Part shown: one piece after another, positions 10,909-24,000 of the stretch
Position numbering within the stretch: position 1 is the stretch's first letter
How the letters are laid out: the number at the start of each line of letters is the position of its first letter
Assembly (NCBI GenBank): GCA_963575745.1
Contig: CAUYUJ010000290.1
Span: 1 to 64,000 of the forward strand
Length of the DNA: 64,000 nucleotides
Direction: 5' to 3'
Source of the DNA: Prorocentrum cordatum
Taxonomy: Eukaryota
Translations under genes and position numbers: made by a program
The notes under the pieces: model-generated
What the model was told of the DNA's origin: nothing
What the model saw: only the letters and a program-made list of their open reading frames with translations
The model's database searches: none

Positions 10909-11325
10909 GGGGCAGGGCGGTGCATGGGCAGAGCACGTGTTTCACCCTTCGCTGCTGCCAGCAATGGAGCCCGTTTCTTTATTGCTTGAGGCATGACGGG
11001 CGTCATGGCCCCCGCTCCCCCCCCTCCCCCCCCCCTATGACGTAACGCTCCCCCCCACCAAGTGCGCTCCGGACACGGCCGCCGTGAATCCGCATAGGTG
11101 TCTGGTCCGCAGGCGTCGTCGTCGTCGTCGTCGTGGTCGTCGTCCGTCGTCGTCGCTCGTGGTTCGTCGCTCGTCGCTCATCTTCGTCGTGCGCGCGGAC
11201 GCGGCAGGAGCCTGTTCTTAAGTCTGGGCCGATGACGGCAATCATCTGGGGGGGGGAAGGGGTCGATGACGTCACGTTTCGCCACGGCGGCGTCTGGGAA
11301 TGCTTAGGAATGACGGAGGACGGGT

Positions 11326-12437
11326 AGCACGAACATGTAGGTGGCGATATGCACCACAACGCCTGTGTACATCACAGTGCCCGCGTGCTCCACAGCGCCT
11401 GTGTACACCACGCCGCCGATGTACACCACAGCAGCCGCGTGCAACACAGCGTCAGTTTGTGCCACCGTGCCTGCGGGCACAACAGCTCTTGTGTACACCA
11501 CAGCGCCTCCGTACACCGCATCGGCCGTGCGCGCTACAACACCAGTGTACACCACAATGCTTGCGTGCATTGCGGTGCCTGTGTACGTCACGGCGCCTGT
11601 GTGCACCACATCAGCCGTGTGCAACACAGCACCACTGTTGTGTACAGAATTTCAGAAGGAATCCTTGTGACAAAATGGAGCGCGTGTGGATTCCAGAGAA
11701 AACAATGGAAAACAAATCCTCATGGACGAAGGAGCGCCACTGGAATCTACGAATCCCCCCCAGTCCGCCCGCATCACCCTAACTCCCACTTGCGTCCAGG
11801 AGGCTCCAGCTAAACTGGCCGTCCGAAAACCAAGTGGACCGAGTGCACGCTGACATGCGCACGTGCGTTGTAACGCCAAGCCGCACGACAGGGGGTTAAG
11901 GAGGAGGAGGAAGAGACGGAGGAGGAGGAGGAGGAGGAGGAGGAGGAGGAGGAGGAGGAGGAGGAGACGGAGGAGGAGGAGGCGGAGGAGGAGGAGGAGG
12001 AGGTGAAGGAGGAGGAGGACGAGGGAAAAACGTCGCATTCGATTATCAGAACTTTACTGGCGTGGCGTGTAGTTGTCCGCAGCAGATCCTGACGTACGTG
12101 CTCCTTCTACCTGTCCTATGCACGCAGGCACTGTGGTGTACACCGGCGCTGCGTTGCACGCGGATGCTGTGGTGTAGACAGGCGCTGTGGCGTGCGCAGG
12201 CGCTGCGGTGCACGCGAGCACAATGGTGTACACAGGCGTTGTGTTGCACATGGCTGATGCGGTGTATGTACACCAGCGCTGTAGTGCTCCCAAGTATTGT
12301 GGTATACGCGGGCGGTGCGTTGCACACGGCTGTTGCGGTGTACGCAGGCGCTGTGGTGCACACGCGTGGTGTGGTGCACGCCAGCGTTGTGGTGTACACA
12401 GGCGCAATGGGCAGATCGCCACTTACATGCTGCTCGC
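11326..12437. repeat. Fold-back structure: two inverted arms of an 18-bp minisatellite
   Basis: gcgcctgtgtacaccaca-type units at 11340-11640 and their complement at 12115-12410. Outer ends acatgtaggtggcgatatgc / gcagatcgccacttacatg are inverted. Confidence 0.75.
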
Positions 12438-12944
12438 GTCGTCGTCGTCGCTCGTCGCCCGTCGCTCGTTGCGTCGTGCGCGCGGGCGCGGCTGTGGTGC
12501 CGGAGATTTTGCAAAACAGTTTTCACGCGCGTTCTTGCGGAATCTTTCAAGAACACCATAGGCTTTTCAATATTTTCAAAACATACCACCAAATGGGCTT
12601 CGCGCGCGCATGTCGAAATCGTTCGAACGCCCTTGCGCGCGTGCCGGCGCGAGAATCCTTTTGAACAAAATAGGACGAAGTTCGCGCGCGCGTCGTCGCG
12701 CGCGCATGCCGAAATCGTTCAAAAACCTTCGGCTTCGAAAGGGTTTCAAAATCTACTGCCCAAAAACATACAAAAGCACAGGGTTTCGCAACACGGACTT
12801 TGAACAAAAGCGTGCGCGCGCGCTCTTGCGTCGTCGTCGTCGCCGTCCTCGTCCTATGTCTTTCCTCGTCGTCGTCGCCGTCGTCCTCTTTGGCGTCGTC
12901 GTCGTTTCCGTCGTCATTGTCGCCGTGGTCGTCCTTCCTCCTCC

Positions 12945-12986
<42 letters not shown>

Positions 12987-13374
12987 CGTCGTCGGCGTCT
13001 CGTCGTCGTCCCTCCTATTTCGTCGCCGTCGTCGTCGTCGTCGTCGTTCCCGTCGTCGTCGTCGTCTTCCTTCCTCCCTCGTCGTTGTCGTCGTCGGCGT
13101 CGCCGTCCTCTCTCCTTCTTCGTCGTTCGCGTTGTCGCCGTCCTCCCTCCTGCCTCGTCATTGTCGTCGTTGTCGCCGTCGTCGTCCTCCCTCTTTTCTC
13201 GTCGTCGGCGTCGTCTTCGTTGGCGACGTCGTCGTCGTCGTCGTCGTCGTCGTCTTCGTTGTCGTCGTCGTCGGCGTCGTCGTCGTCGTCGTCGGCGTCG
13301 GCGTCGGCGTCGGCGTCGTAATCGTCGTCGTCGTCGTTGTCGTCGTCGGCGTCGCCGTCGGCGTCGGCGTCGTA

Positions 13375-13408
<34 letters not shown>

Positions 13409-13414
13409 GTGTCG

Positions 13415-13452
<38 letters not shown>

Positions 13453-15679
13453 GTCGTCGAAGTCGTCGGAGACGTCGTCGGTGTCGTCATAGTCGTCGTC
13501 GGCGTCGTCGTCGTCGTCATTGTCGCTCTCGTCGTCGGCGTCGCTGTCGTTGCCAAGTGCCATTTGGTACCCACCGTCACGGTCTTAAAAGAACTCCTGC
13601 GACCTTGTTGCGGGTGGGGGGTGGGATGTTTGCACGAGCAGTGGAGAGGACCGCTTCAAGACAGTCGAAGTGAATTGCACCGCATAGAGTGCACCGCATA
13701 TATTACACAACCTGGGTTGCACTATGTATATGGCACAACATAAATCGCACCATATCGATTGCACAACAGCAGTATTATTATTTGCATCCCCCTGACTCAA
13801 CGGTCCGCCTTTTTTATATCGCACTTTACATATGATTTTGCCCCCATCCTTCATCCGAGCTGTGAAATCATGCCATCCCAAGCTTTCCTTGTATCGCTAT
13901 CCCCTCATCTTTCTTGTAAGAAGTGCAATGCCGGCACGCCCGTTCATTAAAAACCATCAAGTTCAAAGAACCCCTTGCAGGCAACATCAAAAGGACGACA
14001 TGCGCACGCTCGCGCCGTCGCGCGCGCATGCTGAATTGATTGGAGCAAAAAACATAGGTGTCGCAGGGATTTCAAAATGGAGTGTCCCGAACACAATCCT
14101 AACATAGTTGTTTCGGAAGAGGAATTTTCAAAATAAACCTGCGCTCGCGCTTTTGCGGGTTTGGAAGAAAACCATAGGTCTTTCATCACATTCATCCAGT
14201 GTGACCAAGCGTGCCCTTCGCTCGAGCATGCCGAAATCATTCGTGCGCCCTGGCGCGCGTTTTGTCGCAAAAACCCTTGCAGCGCGCATGCCAGAATCCT
14301 TCCAAAGTTCTGGAGGGATTTCAACATCGAGTGTCCCGAAAACTTATCAAACACCAACGGTTTCGCAACAATCATTTTCAAACAAGCCTGCGCTCGTGCT
14401 CCTGCGAATTCTTGAGGGAAACATCGGTTGTCCAACATGTTAATCCGCTGCGACGAAAGTGCCCCTCGCGCGCGCATGCCGGAATCATTCGAATGCCATT
14501 GCGCGCGGGTTGTCGCAAACGCTCCTTGCAACAATTTGAAGTGCACGCGCGCCGTCGCGCGCCTATGCCGAAATCCTTTCAAACATCTCTCTAGGTTGCG
14601 TAAGGATTTTAGAATCGAATGCCCTGAGAACGTACCAAAACACATTGCTTTGCAACCGCAGTTCCCAAACAAGGTCCGCGTGCGCGCTCTTGCGAAAACG
14701 AAACCTAAGCATTGGTTCTCAACATTCTCGTCACATTCAACCAAACGGGCTGCTCGCGCCGCATGTCAAAATGATTCGAACGCCCTGGCGCGCGTGCTGG
14801 GGGGGCACGGCCCCTATCAAATTGTAGCAAGCGGGGCACTCGCGCGCGTCGACCGCGCGCGCATGTCGAAATCTTTCCAAAACCTTTATCACCAACGCGA
14901 GGGCACAATCGTCGTCATCGGCGCGATCAGCATTGGCGCCGTCATTGCCCTTGCCGTCGTCATTGCCATCATCGTTGCCAGCATCGCTGGTATCATCGTC
15001 GCGCCTGTCGTTGTCGACGTCGCCATGGTGCCGCGCCCGCCTGATTCATCAGCTCCCACAGTTGTGCCCGCGCGTCGGCGCGGCTTGCGACAGGCGCTGG
15101 GGAGTTCCCAGCGGTCAGCGCCACCGCGGCCGCGTTGGTCGCGCCAGGCTAGCTGGCTTGCTGCGCGCGAGCCTGCGCGCGCTAGCACGGCCGCAGCGAT
15201 GCGCCAGCCAGCGCCAGGCAGCCATCGCAATCGCCGCCGCAAGGGTTTTGCAAACCTAGTTGCGGGTGGGTGGGTGGGTGGGATGATAGCACGAGCGTGC
15301 ATGGAGGTGGTCGCGCGCGGTGCAGGGTCGTCAATGGCACCACGTAGGTTGCACGAAGCGGTCAGTGCATCACATGAATTGCACAATGTAGGCTGCACCA
15401 CACATATTGCACCACATCGGTTGCACAACACCCTAGTGTTACCCCCAGTCATCCGGCGTTGCGAGTTTTTCGTGATGCGGACGCCCAAACCCCTCGACCC
15501 CATTCTGGGGACCTGTCTTTCTTCATGGGTAGTTTTGCGATGGCCCCTGGTCCGAAGGTGGGTTTGACAGGCCTGACTTGCTGTTGGGTTTCTATTTGCG
15601 ACGCCAGAGCTCTGGGCCCTTCCCCTGATCCCTCCCCTTTCGTACCCCCGTCCTCCCCCACCTCGGGCTCCGTGCCCTG

Positions 15680-15802
15680 GCGGAGGCGCAAAGGGACAGC
15701 AAGCGTGCCAAAAAGCTGGAGGACAAGCTGAACCTTGTCCTGGGCGGCTACATGGGCAGGGTGAAGCAGTCCATCAGCAAGCTGGGCACTCTGTCCGAGG
15801 AG
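15680..15802 (+). CDS. CDC5L: Isolated exon resembling the C-terminal coiled-coil region of pre-mRNA splicing factor CDC5L/Cef1
   Basis: AEAQRDSKRAKKLEDKLNLVLGGYMGRVKQSISKLGTLSEE resembles the CDC5 segment [23 protein letters not shown]. Boundaries are approximate and no other exons were recognised. Confidence 0.65.
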
Positions 15803-15829
15803 GGGGGGCGGGCCAGAGAGTCTCACCGG

Positions 15830-16929
15830 ATGGCGATGTTGACGGAGACGGTGACGGTGACGGTGGTGACGGTGGTGACGATGATGATGGTGGTGATGAT
15901 CATGATGATGATTCAGATGGTGTTGGTGATGGCTCTGGTGATGATGATGGTGTTGCTGCTGATGATGATGAGGAGGAGGATAAGGATGATGATGAGGATG
16001 GTGGTGGTGATGATGATGATGCTGGTTCAGATGGTGTTGGTGATGGCGATGGTGATGATGGTGGTGATGATGATGATCATGATGTTGACGATGATGATAT
16101 GCTGATGCTGATGATGACAATGATGATGGTGATGGTCATGATGATGGTGGTGGTGCAGTGATGATGATTGTGGTGATGATGATGAGGAGGAGGATGATAA
16201 GGATGAAGATGAAAATGAGGATGAGAACGAGGATGAGGACGAGGATGATGATGATGCTGATGATGATGGTGATGACGATGATGGTGATGATGAAGATGAT
16301 TATGATGATTATGATGATTGGGATGATTATGATAATCATGATGGTGATGGTGATGGTGATGATGATGATGGTGATGGTGATGGTGCTAGCAATAATGCAG
16401 CGACGACCCTGACGACATCGATTGCGACAGCGATGACGGCAACGACGATGACTATGGCTAGCAGGATGGTATTGATATTGATTATGATGGTGATGATGCT
16501 GCTGCTGATGATGGTAGTAATGAGAATGGATGACGGTGATTCTGATGATGGTGACAACTATGACAGCGTCAACCATACTCATGCCGCTGATCATGATTAT
16601 GATGCTGCTGCTGATGATGATGCTAATTACAATGTCGATCACGATTATCGAGGTGATAACTATGATGCTGATGCTGCGTTGCTTCTGTTGCTGCTGCTGG
16701 TGCTGCTGCTGCTACTGCCGATGATGATGGTGATGATGATAAAGATACTGATACTGATGTTGATGCTGATGATGATGATGGCTGCTGATGATGGTGAGCT
16801 GATGATGCTGATTCTGATGATGGTGGTGCTGATGATGATGCTTATATTTGAGATGCTGATGCTGATGCTGGTGATGATGGTGATGGTGATGATGATGCTG
16901 CTGATGATGATGATTATGCTGATGATGAC

Positions 16930-16960
<31 letters not shown>

Positions 16961-16970
16961 TTGTTGTTGT

Positions 16971-17005
<35 letters not shown>

Positions 17006-17006
17006 C

Positions 17007-17052
<46 letters not shown>
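15830..17052. repeat. Degenerate (GAT)n microsatellite
   Basis: About 1.2 kb of gat/ggt/gct triplets. Confidence 0.95.
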
Positions 17053-17279
17053 AAGCTTGCTCCCGAAGGAAGTTCTAGCCCAATATCACAAGACCGCCTT
17101 GGCTCAGCCCTTTACACCGCCAGTCAGGAGCACTTGCCAGTAGATCTCTTTCATTACGTGTCATGGAGGCCGCTGCGGCGCTCCTCCCCCTGTCTCGACT
17201 CACTCCCCCCCTTCTCCCACCCTTGAGCCCTCCCCCACCCCCCCTCCTCGCTTCCTCCTCGCCCCCCGTTTCCCCTTCC

Positions 17280-17448
17280 TGTGATATGGATATCGCTGAT
17301 ATCGTTTGTCGAGGAATCGCGCGGCGAAACTCTCTGCGTAGCTCTAAGGCCAAGGGCCCTAGTTTGAAACAAAACGGCAGCGGCACGAGCGGGCGTAAGG
17401 GATAGAGCGGGGATACAGGAAGGGCACAGGGAGTGAGCGGGAATCACA
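17280..17448 (-). repeat. 3-prime LTR
   Basis: Identical by eye to 26245-26413. Preceded on the minus strand by the purine tract AGGAGGAG (17449-17456). Confidence 0.96.
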
Positions 17449-17760
17449 CTCCTCCTGATTGACGCTCGCGGCGCCGTCGAGCGGCAATCATTGATTGCAG
17501 CTCACTTCATTAATCAGAGCGCTCTCAAACAAACACAGGCAAACGGCCCTGTCGGCATGCTATCCGGCTGCCCCGGGGCATTTAACGGGTGCTGCTACAC
17601 GCACCGGCAAGAAAGGCATAAATTCACAAAAAAAAAACGAACAGCGGCGCGAGTCCGATCGCTATGCGACAAAACTCAAATAGCGCTGTCTTATCAAGAT
17701 AAAATCTCAATGGTGTGGTCGTCACCACATAAAGAAAGGAAATCTGTGCACACTGAATGA

Positions 17761-18010
17761 AGCTTCGAACAATGCGGACTAGCGTAATATGCCACAGGGT
17801 GTGGCGCCAAATAAAAAAACAAGCTAGTAAGACAATTCGGATTTATGCAATCTGCCACACTATGTGGCTCCAGGTGTAAAAGAAACGGACTGACAAAACG
17901 ATGCGGACTGTCGTAATCTGCCACAGGATGTGGCGCCAAATATGAAACGAGCTTAACAGAGCAATGCGGACTTACATAATCTGCCACAGGATGTGGCGCC
18001 AAACATAAAA
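17761..18010. repeat. Four 63-66-bp tandem units with a GCCACA-NNN-TGTGGC hairpin in the copia 3-prime region
   Basis: gccacagggtgtggc, gccacactatgtggc and gccacaggatgtggc (twice). Confidence 0.85.
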
Positions 18011-18021
18011 CGATGGCGTGC

Positions 18022-21000
18022 TCACGAAATCTTCTTTTGAGCTTTCGCCTTGCCGGGCAGTCCTTGTAGCTGCCTCCATCTGTTCTGTAAATCCCAGCGC
18101 AGACTATTATGCATCCTCGAGAAATCTGGCTCATGGGTCACATAATTCCTGCGTAGCCACGTAGCGTGCTTCCTGCACGTCCTGCAGGTGATGTAGACAC
18201 TGTGTGCGTTGTGTCCCACGCGTACGTTGTGCTCGGCGGCCACACATGCGTTCATTTCTACTGGCGGAACCGTTGGCGTCGATCCGTTCCAAGAAACCAC
18301 GCTGGCTGACGAGGAACTGGTAACCGTCATCGGGGATGATGGCGACGAGCTGGCTCCCTGCGCGAAGCTGTCCGGTGATGGGGGCGGTGCGGCTGGCGCT
18401 GCCGATCCGCTTGCTGATGATGAACTCTGGGCTGCGACGGCAACCATCGGCGGCTCCATATAGACATCTCCGTCGACGTCTTCGGGAATGGTAGTCGGTA
18501 CATTGTTACGACGTCCGAGGTATCGTCCATCCCATCCTGGATATATTCCGGGCAAGGGGGTGTCCGCGTGCCCGGAGTGATCAGCCTTGGACCCACTGCT
18601 GGTGTTGTTGATGGTCCCGATCTGGATGGGATTGGGGTCGCCTGGCCCAAATATCTCCTTTCGCACCACAAACCACAGCGCTGCGAATAATGTAAATCCA
18701 ATCATGATCCCACTAAGCATCGCAATTCGTGTCATGTAGTAGATCCAATGTGACATCGGCACTTGCCATTCCTGTGGGGGATGCTGTGCCTTCACGCGTC
18801 CGAGACATGTCATCAGTACTGAAGCAAGCATGGCGGCGTGCGGTTGCCTAGTGCCGAAATTGTACTTCTTGGCCCCGAAGAAAGCGAGGAGCACTCCGGT
18901 CTCCATGGTCTTGGTGAGCGCGTCGGCGACCATACTCCACGTAGGTATCCACGAGAGCTTCAGCTGGCTGTTGGGGTGCACCGTCTCCTTAATCATTGAT
19001 GCCACGATGCGGAACCGCTTGTCCGTGGATTGACCCACGTCAGACTTGATGTGCGTCACCAACCCGTTGCTGTCGCTGTAGATCTCCCCGGATCGTTTGG
19101 TGCTGAGGTCATCGATCTGCTTGAGCGTCTTCTTCGGGTTGTAGGCCTCCGTAAGTAGCTGACCGAACCACGTGCTCGATTCGGCGCCCTCCAGAATGGC
19201 GTAGCCCTCGGCGGCCAGCGTAGACTTCACGGATCGCTTGACCGTGCCCGAATGCCAGGCCACAGGCAAGCACAAATCATATCGTCCAGCCACGACGTCC
19301 CGTGGCTTGTGGGTTAGCCCGATCGCCATGCCCCACTGGCTCTTCACCCCGTCCACATTGGCGAAGGCCGCGTCGCTGAAACAGACGATGGTGCAAGTGC
19401 GCAGGTCAATGATATTGCGCTTGATGACTATGGCGAAATCGGCGGACCCGTGCACGTAAGCGACGGTCTTGTTCAGCGTCTTGGCGTCGGCCACGGTGGC
19501 GGTGTTGGTGCGGCGAGCTGCAAGGCTCACCGGGCAGGCGATGTCCACTCGCGTCTGTACTGCGAGCCAAAGCAGTTGGCCGAGTGTGTGGCGATATCCT
19601 GAGACCTCCGAGGTGGTAAGACGATCCTCTGGTGATCGTCCGCGTTGGGCGTTGAGTTCGATGAAATCCACTTGGGCGGCGGCCGTCGCCTGGGTAATGC
19701 GGAACTCCTCGTTGGTCTTGTTGATTGTCCGGCCGCAGTACTTGATGATGCCCTCTACCTTCTTGAGGTGCAGCCTTTTCTGCAAGGAGCTAATAACTCG
19801 CTTCCACTCGCTGGAGCTTCCGCGCTGGGCGATGAGGAAATCATCCACATGGGAGTGAATCATAGCAGCGAGCCCTTTGTCGTCGTAGAAGTAGTAAAGG
19901 CCCTTCTCGAGCTTGCTCTCGATGAGGCCGTGCTCTTGGAACACCTTTTGAGCGTAGAGGTACCACTGGCGTCCGGCATCCCGGGTACCGTAGATGGCGC
20001 CAGTCGCCATCACGATCTCGCCGGGCGATGTACGCGGCGGCGGGTTCTTGGCTGGCATACGCAGCAATAGCAGCCTCTCGATGTTGCCCGACTGCAGGTA
20101 AGCCGTCATCGCGTCGTACGACGTGAGGTCCCAGCCAAGCTGGGCGGCGGCAGCAAGAGTGAGGTAAAGCGCGTCCCTTGACCCGGTCGGCGCGTCCGTA
20201 CGGATTTGGGACTTGTCCTCTTGACAGCCCTGGACGACAAGGCGGGCCTTCATGAGGTTGGCAGCCTTCTGCGTGAGCACCCAGCGGGTACCAACTGGTC
20301 GTATTCCAGGGTGTCGCTGGAAGATCTCCTTCAACTCCTTGGGCGGTAGCTTCTTGTAGGCCCCGAACTCGGTCCACTTGGACCGCTCAACCTCCATGGC
20401 CGTGTCCATGAGCTTCTTGTCCTTGGCGGAGAGCTTGTCGTACCTGATCTCCTTGGCAGCGGCCTTTCCGGTGAGCATCACCTCCCGGAGTCGGATGGTC
20501 GAATGCGAATCGCCGTCGTTGATCTCTAGATAGTTGTCCAAGTAGAGGTCGGTCCTGAGTGTGTCCTTCGGCCTCTTGAAGCACTTGGGTAGGTCGTCCT
20601 TGAGACTCTCCAGGAATTCCTTGCGCTTAATGGCCTTGCTGCGGTCGTCTGTTTGATCGTGCCTGTCGCGTTCTAGGGCGCGAGGTGCGTCCTCTTGTTG
20701 GGCTTGACGCTGAGCCTTGTTACCGCGTTGTCCTTCAGGATGTTGTGGTCTGCGGGCAAGGGCTTCTTTGCGAACTTCCTCCTCCGCGGCCTTGCTCCAG
20801 TCGCGTAGACCTTCGGATCCGGAGCTGTCGGCGTCCGAGGAATGTCCATCAGCTTCTGTGCGTCGAGCTCCTGGTGTTGGAAGTCGTGTTTCATCACGTT
20901 CTTCAGGCTGTTCGTCATGTAACTCTGGTTGCACGATAGGTTCTGGAGCTGGATCTTCAGCGTGATCTGGGTCTTCTTGAGCAGGGTCATGGGCGGGGTC

Positions 21001-24000
21001 AGCGACAGCAACTGAGTCAGCAATAGGCACCGGAGGCGCTGGAGGCGCTGGCAGAAGGTCTCTTCCCGAAGGTGCTGGTGCTGAACCGCTTCCTGAGGCG
21101 CCCCCGCTGGTCGTATATTCCTCATCTCCTTGCCGTCGGCGAAGCCACTCAAGAGTAGCATGGGCACGTCGATTGTGTGGAGTATCTTCGATATTGCCGA
21201 AGTTGTGCTGCTTGATGGCCGGTGGCGGAGGTGGTAGTGCTGGCGGATCGTTGTTCACTCGCGGGCGTTTCTTCGGCGTTTCGCCCGTGAGGTCGATGAA
21301 TGTATCTCCATCTCCTCCTTTATCTGATGGTGGTAATCCGCCTCCACCGCAGTCTCCACCTTCATGTGGTGATTCTTCGTCCCCTCCTCCTGGTCTTGGT
21401 GGCTGCGGTCCGTCAGGAGGTGGGGGCCGGTCAGCTGGTGGTTGTCCTGGCGGTGGTGGTGGCTGATTGCCGTTCATGGCGTCGAATACCTGTCCCCAGG
21501 GCACGAGCTCTGAGGCAGTAGCGTGACGTAAATGTCCTCGGTTGACCTTGACGGTGGTGGAACGATGGCTGACCCATACATTCGAGGTACCCTCGAAACC
21601 AATGATGATGCCGGGTCCATGCCATTGCAAAGCCCATTCACGCTTAGGCTTGCCGTTCCCCCTCCAGTAATATACCTGGTCCCCTGTCTGGTAGATGTCC
21701 GACGCGTGCTGAGCTCCATCCGCACGCGATCGTGCGAGTAAGGCCCGGGACAGGGACTGGTTGAACCGTAGATGCTGGATTGACGTCTGGGCGGCCTTCA
21801 TGAGGGCAATCCTCTCAGAGAAGGACTTATCAGAGACCACTCTCTCGTGTAGCGAGAGTCTCCCAGCGCTATCCAGCAGGCAATAGGGTAGTTGAAGTCC
21901 ACGTCCGAGTACCCACTGTGCCGGTGAATACCCACTGGCATTGATTGAGCTATTCATAGCCCAGCAGACAGCGGCGAGCAGCCACTGGATCTTGTGGGCG
22001 TTCGCGGGCTGGTCGAACCTGATGCTGAACTGGTCGATCAGCTTCCTGGCGTGGACCTTCCACATGCCGCCGTGCCTTTCCACGGTGGCGTTCTGTTGCG
22101 GCGTAGCCGCGGCAGTAGTCATAAGGCGACAGCCCATGTCCTCGAGCTCCTTTGAGAACTCCCTCTCAAACTCGCCTCCTCCATCAAAAAGTACCCGTTG
22201 TGGTGCTCCAAACGGTGTAATCCAAATCTGCAAAAGCCTCGCGAATACAACCGAGGGGTGTCTTGAAGAAACTGTACCACATAATGTAAATCCAGAAGCG
22301 AGGTCGACCACATTGAGGAAAACCAACTGATTGCCGGCGTAGTCGGCGAGGGTGAACAAGTCCACTCCAATGGAATCGTTAAAGTCCCTATCTAGCTTAA
22401 TTCTCCCAGGTAGATGAGGGAGGGGTCGCCGATGGGCGGCGCAGACTTCGCAATGCAGGTTGAGCGCCATCTCGACCGCTCTTTGGGATCCACCCGTCAC
22501 TCGGATGGCCCGGGCCAGCGCATCGTTGGCAGGGTGCCCCGTGTTGACGTGGAGCTGCAATATGGCGGACTTGAGCGTCCGCTCCTCCGCTGCCGTCAAG
22601 GCTGGCTCTGCGGGAGCTGCCGGGGCAGGCACTGTCCTCCTCGCGGCTCTCCGTCTCGTTGGTTCCGCGGGGTTTGCCTCGCGGTGCTCGGTCGTGTTCG
22701 TCTTGCGAAGCTGCTTGACCAGCATAGCGACGAGCTTATCAGTGTAGTTCTCGCTGTCCTTGGCGAGCTTGCCACGGGCCTCGACGTGTTTGTGTAGGCC
22801 GTTGCAAAGCTTGTGCAGCGAGTTGTCGATCCCGTAGTGGTCGATGATAATCCTCCACGGCTTCTTGATCGCGTCCCCGTTCCTTGTCTGAAGGCCGTAA
22901 GCGCAGCCATCGAAATCGATGATGCGCGGGAGCTGATCCTTCAGCTTCTTCGCGGTGTAGTTCTTCCTCTGATCCCAGCCGTCGCAGTAGCGCGGCCACT
23001 CAAAGGAGACCGCGAGCTGGCTGCCGAACTCCTTCCGCAGACGGCTCATTGACGTCAGGAAGAGGTCGATCATCCTGGCGGAATCCTTCCGGTCCCTTTT
23101 CAGCTTCTCAGCCTTGCGGGGGTCGATCTTCAAGATGATGCGCTGCAACGTGGTCCACGGCGTGCATGGAAATGCGGCATGGACCCGTACACTCTGGCCC
23201 TTCCGCAGGTTCTTCCGAATCTTGTCCTCGGGCTTCTCGACGATGGGCTTCCGAGAGAGGTCCAATCCAGGAAGACCGCAACGTACAGCAGCTCCTCCAC
23301 TCTCGATCCACTTCGCACTGAGCTTGCTGTCGGGGTTGCAGCACCACTCGTAGAGGATGGTGGTGTTGCTCGAGATTCCGCTCGAGTTCGTAGTTTGCTT
23401 AGCCAGGTCAGCCTTGAGCGCCTGGCTGACTGTGTGTGGCTTAACGCCGCTCTTATTGGTGACGATGGCCGACCGCTTGCCGGCGGTCAGCTGCAGCCTT
23501 GTCCCTTTCTTAAGCCGCCGTGCCTTCATCTGCTCCTCCTCCACGATGTTGACCTCCTTCGGGTCGTTGTCTTTCTCGATGTCCAACGTGACCGAGTTGC
23601 CGAAAACGCACTCGGAGCAGAACCCGAGGTGGCAGCAGTCGGTATAGGACTTGGCGCCGCAGGCCACGCAATCGTCGAGGGGCTCGGCGACGCAGGTAGT
23701 GGCCGACATCATTGTTGGAGCAAACGTCGGCGGCGTGACCGCCGTCGAACAGCAGACCAACGCAGAGCTTACGGCGGCCATGAGCCTCGAGCTGCCGCCG
23801 CGTCGCTGTTGAAGTCGTCTCGGTACATTTAGCTCCTTCTTGGGAATGAGTCTCGTGATATTCTCGAGCAAGTTGCTCGCCTTCGTAGTGATGTTGACAT
23901 TGGGCTTCGGGACTGGCCGCTTGGCGATGCTCTTGGTACTAACAGCCTTCGGTCCAAAATCATGCCCCGCGCCCTTGATGGCAAGCCAGTCCTCCGGGTG

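Larger units (their letters stand above)
7970..15100. repeat. Cluster of dispersed/satellite repeats (cgcgcgcatgccgaaatc family), (GTC)n, (AT)n, (ATCTTTCAAA)n and (GGA)n
   Basis: Homologous blocks at about 7975-8300 and 13680-14050. The cgcgcgcatgccgaaatc motif recurs at 8260, 12700, 14220, 14470 and 14860. (GTC)n at 8640-8870 and 12830-13550. Confidence 0.8.

Noticed and set aside
17761..18010. CRISPR-like repeat/spacer pattern in the copia 3-prime region
   Set aside because: The apparent spacers are homologous to each other, so this is a diverged tandem repeat
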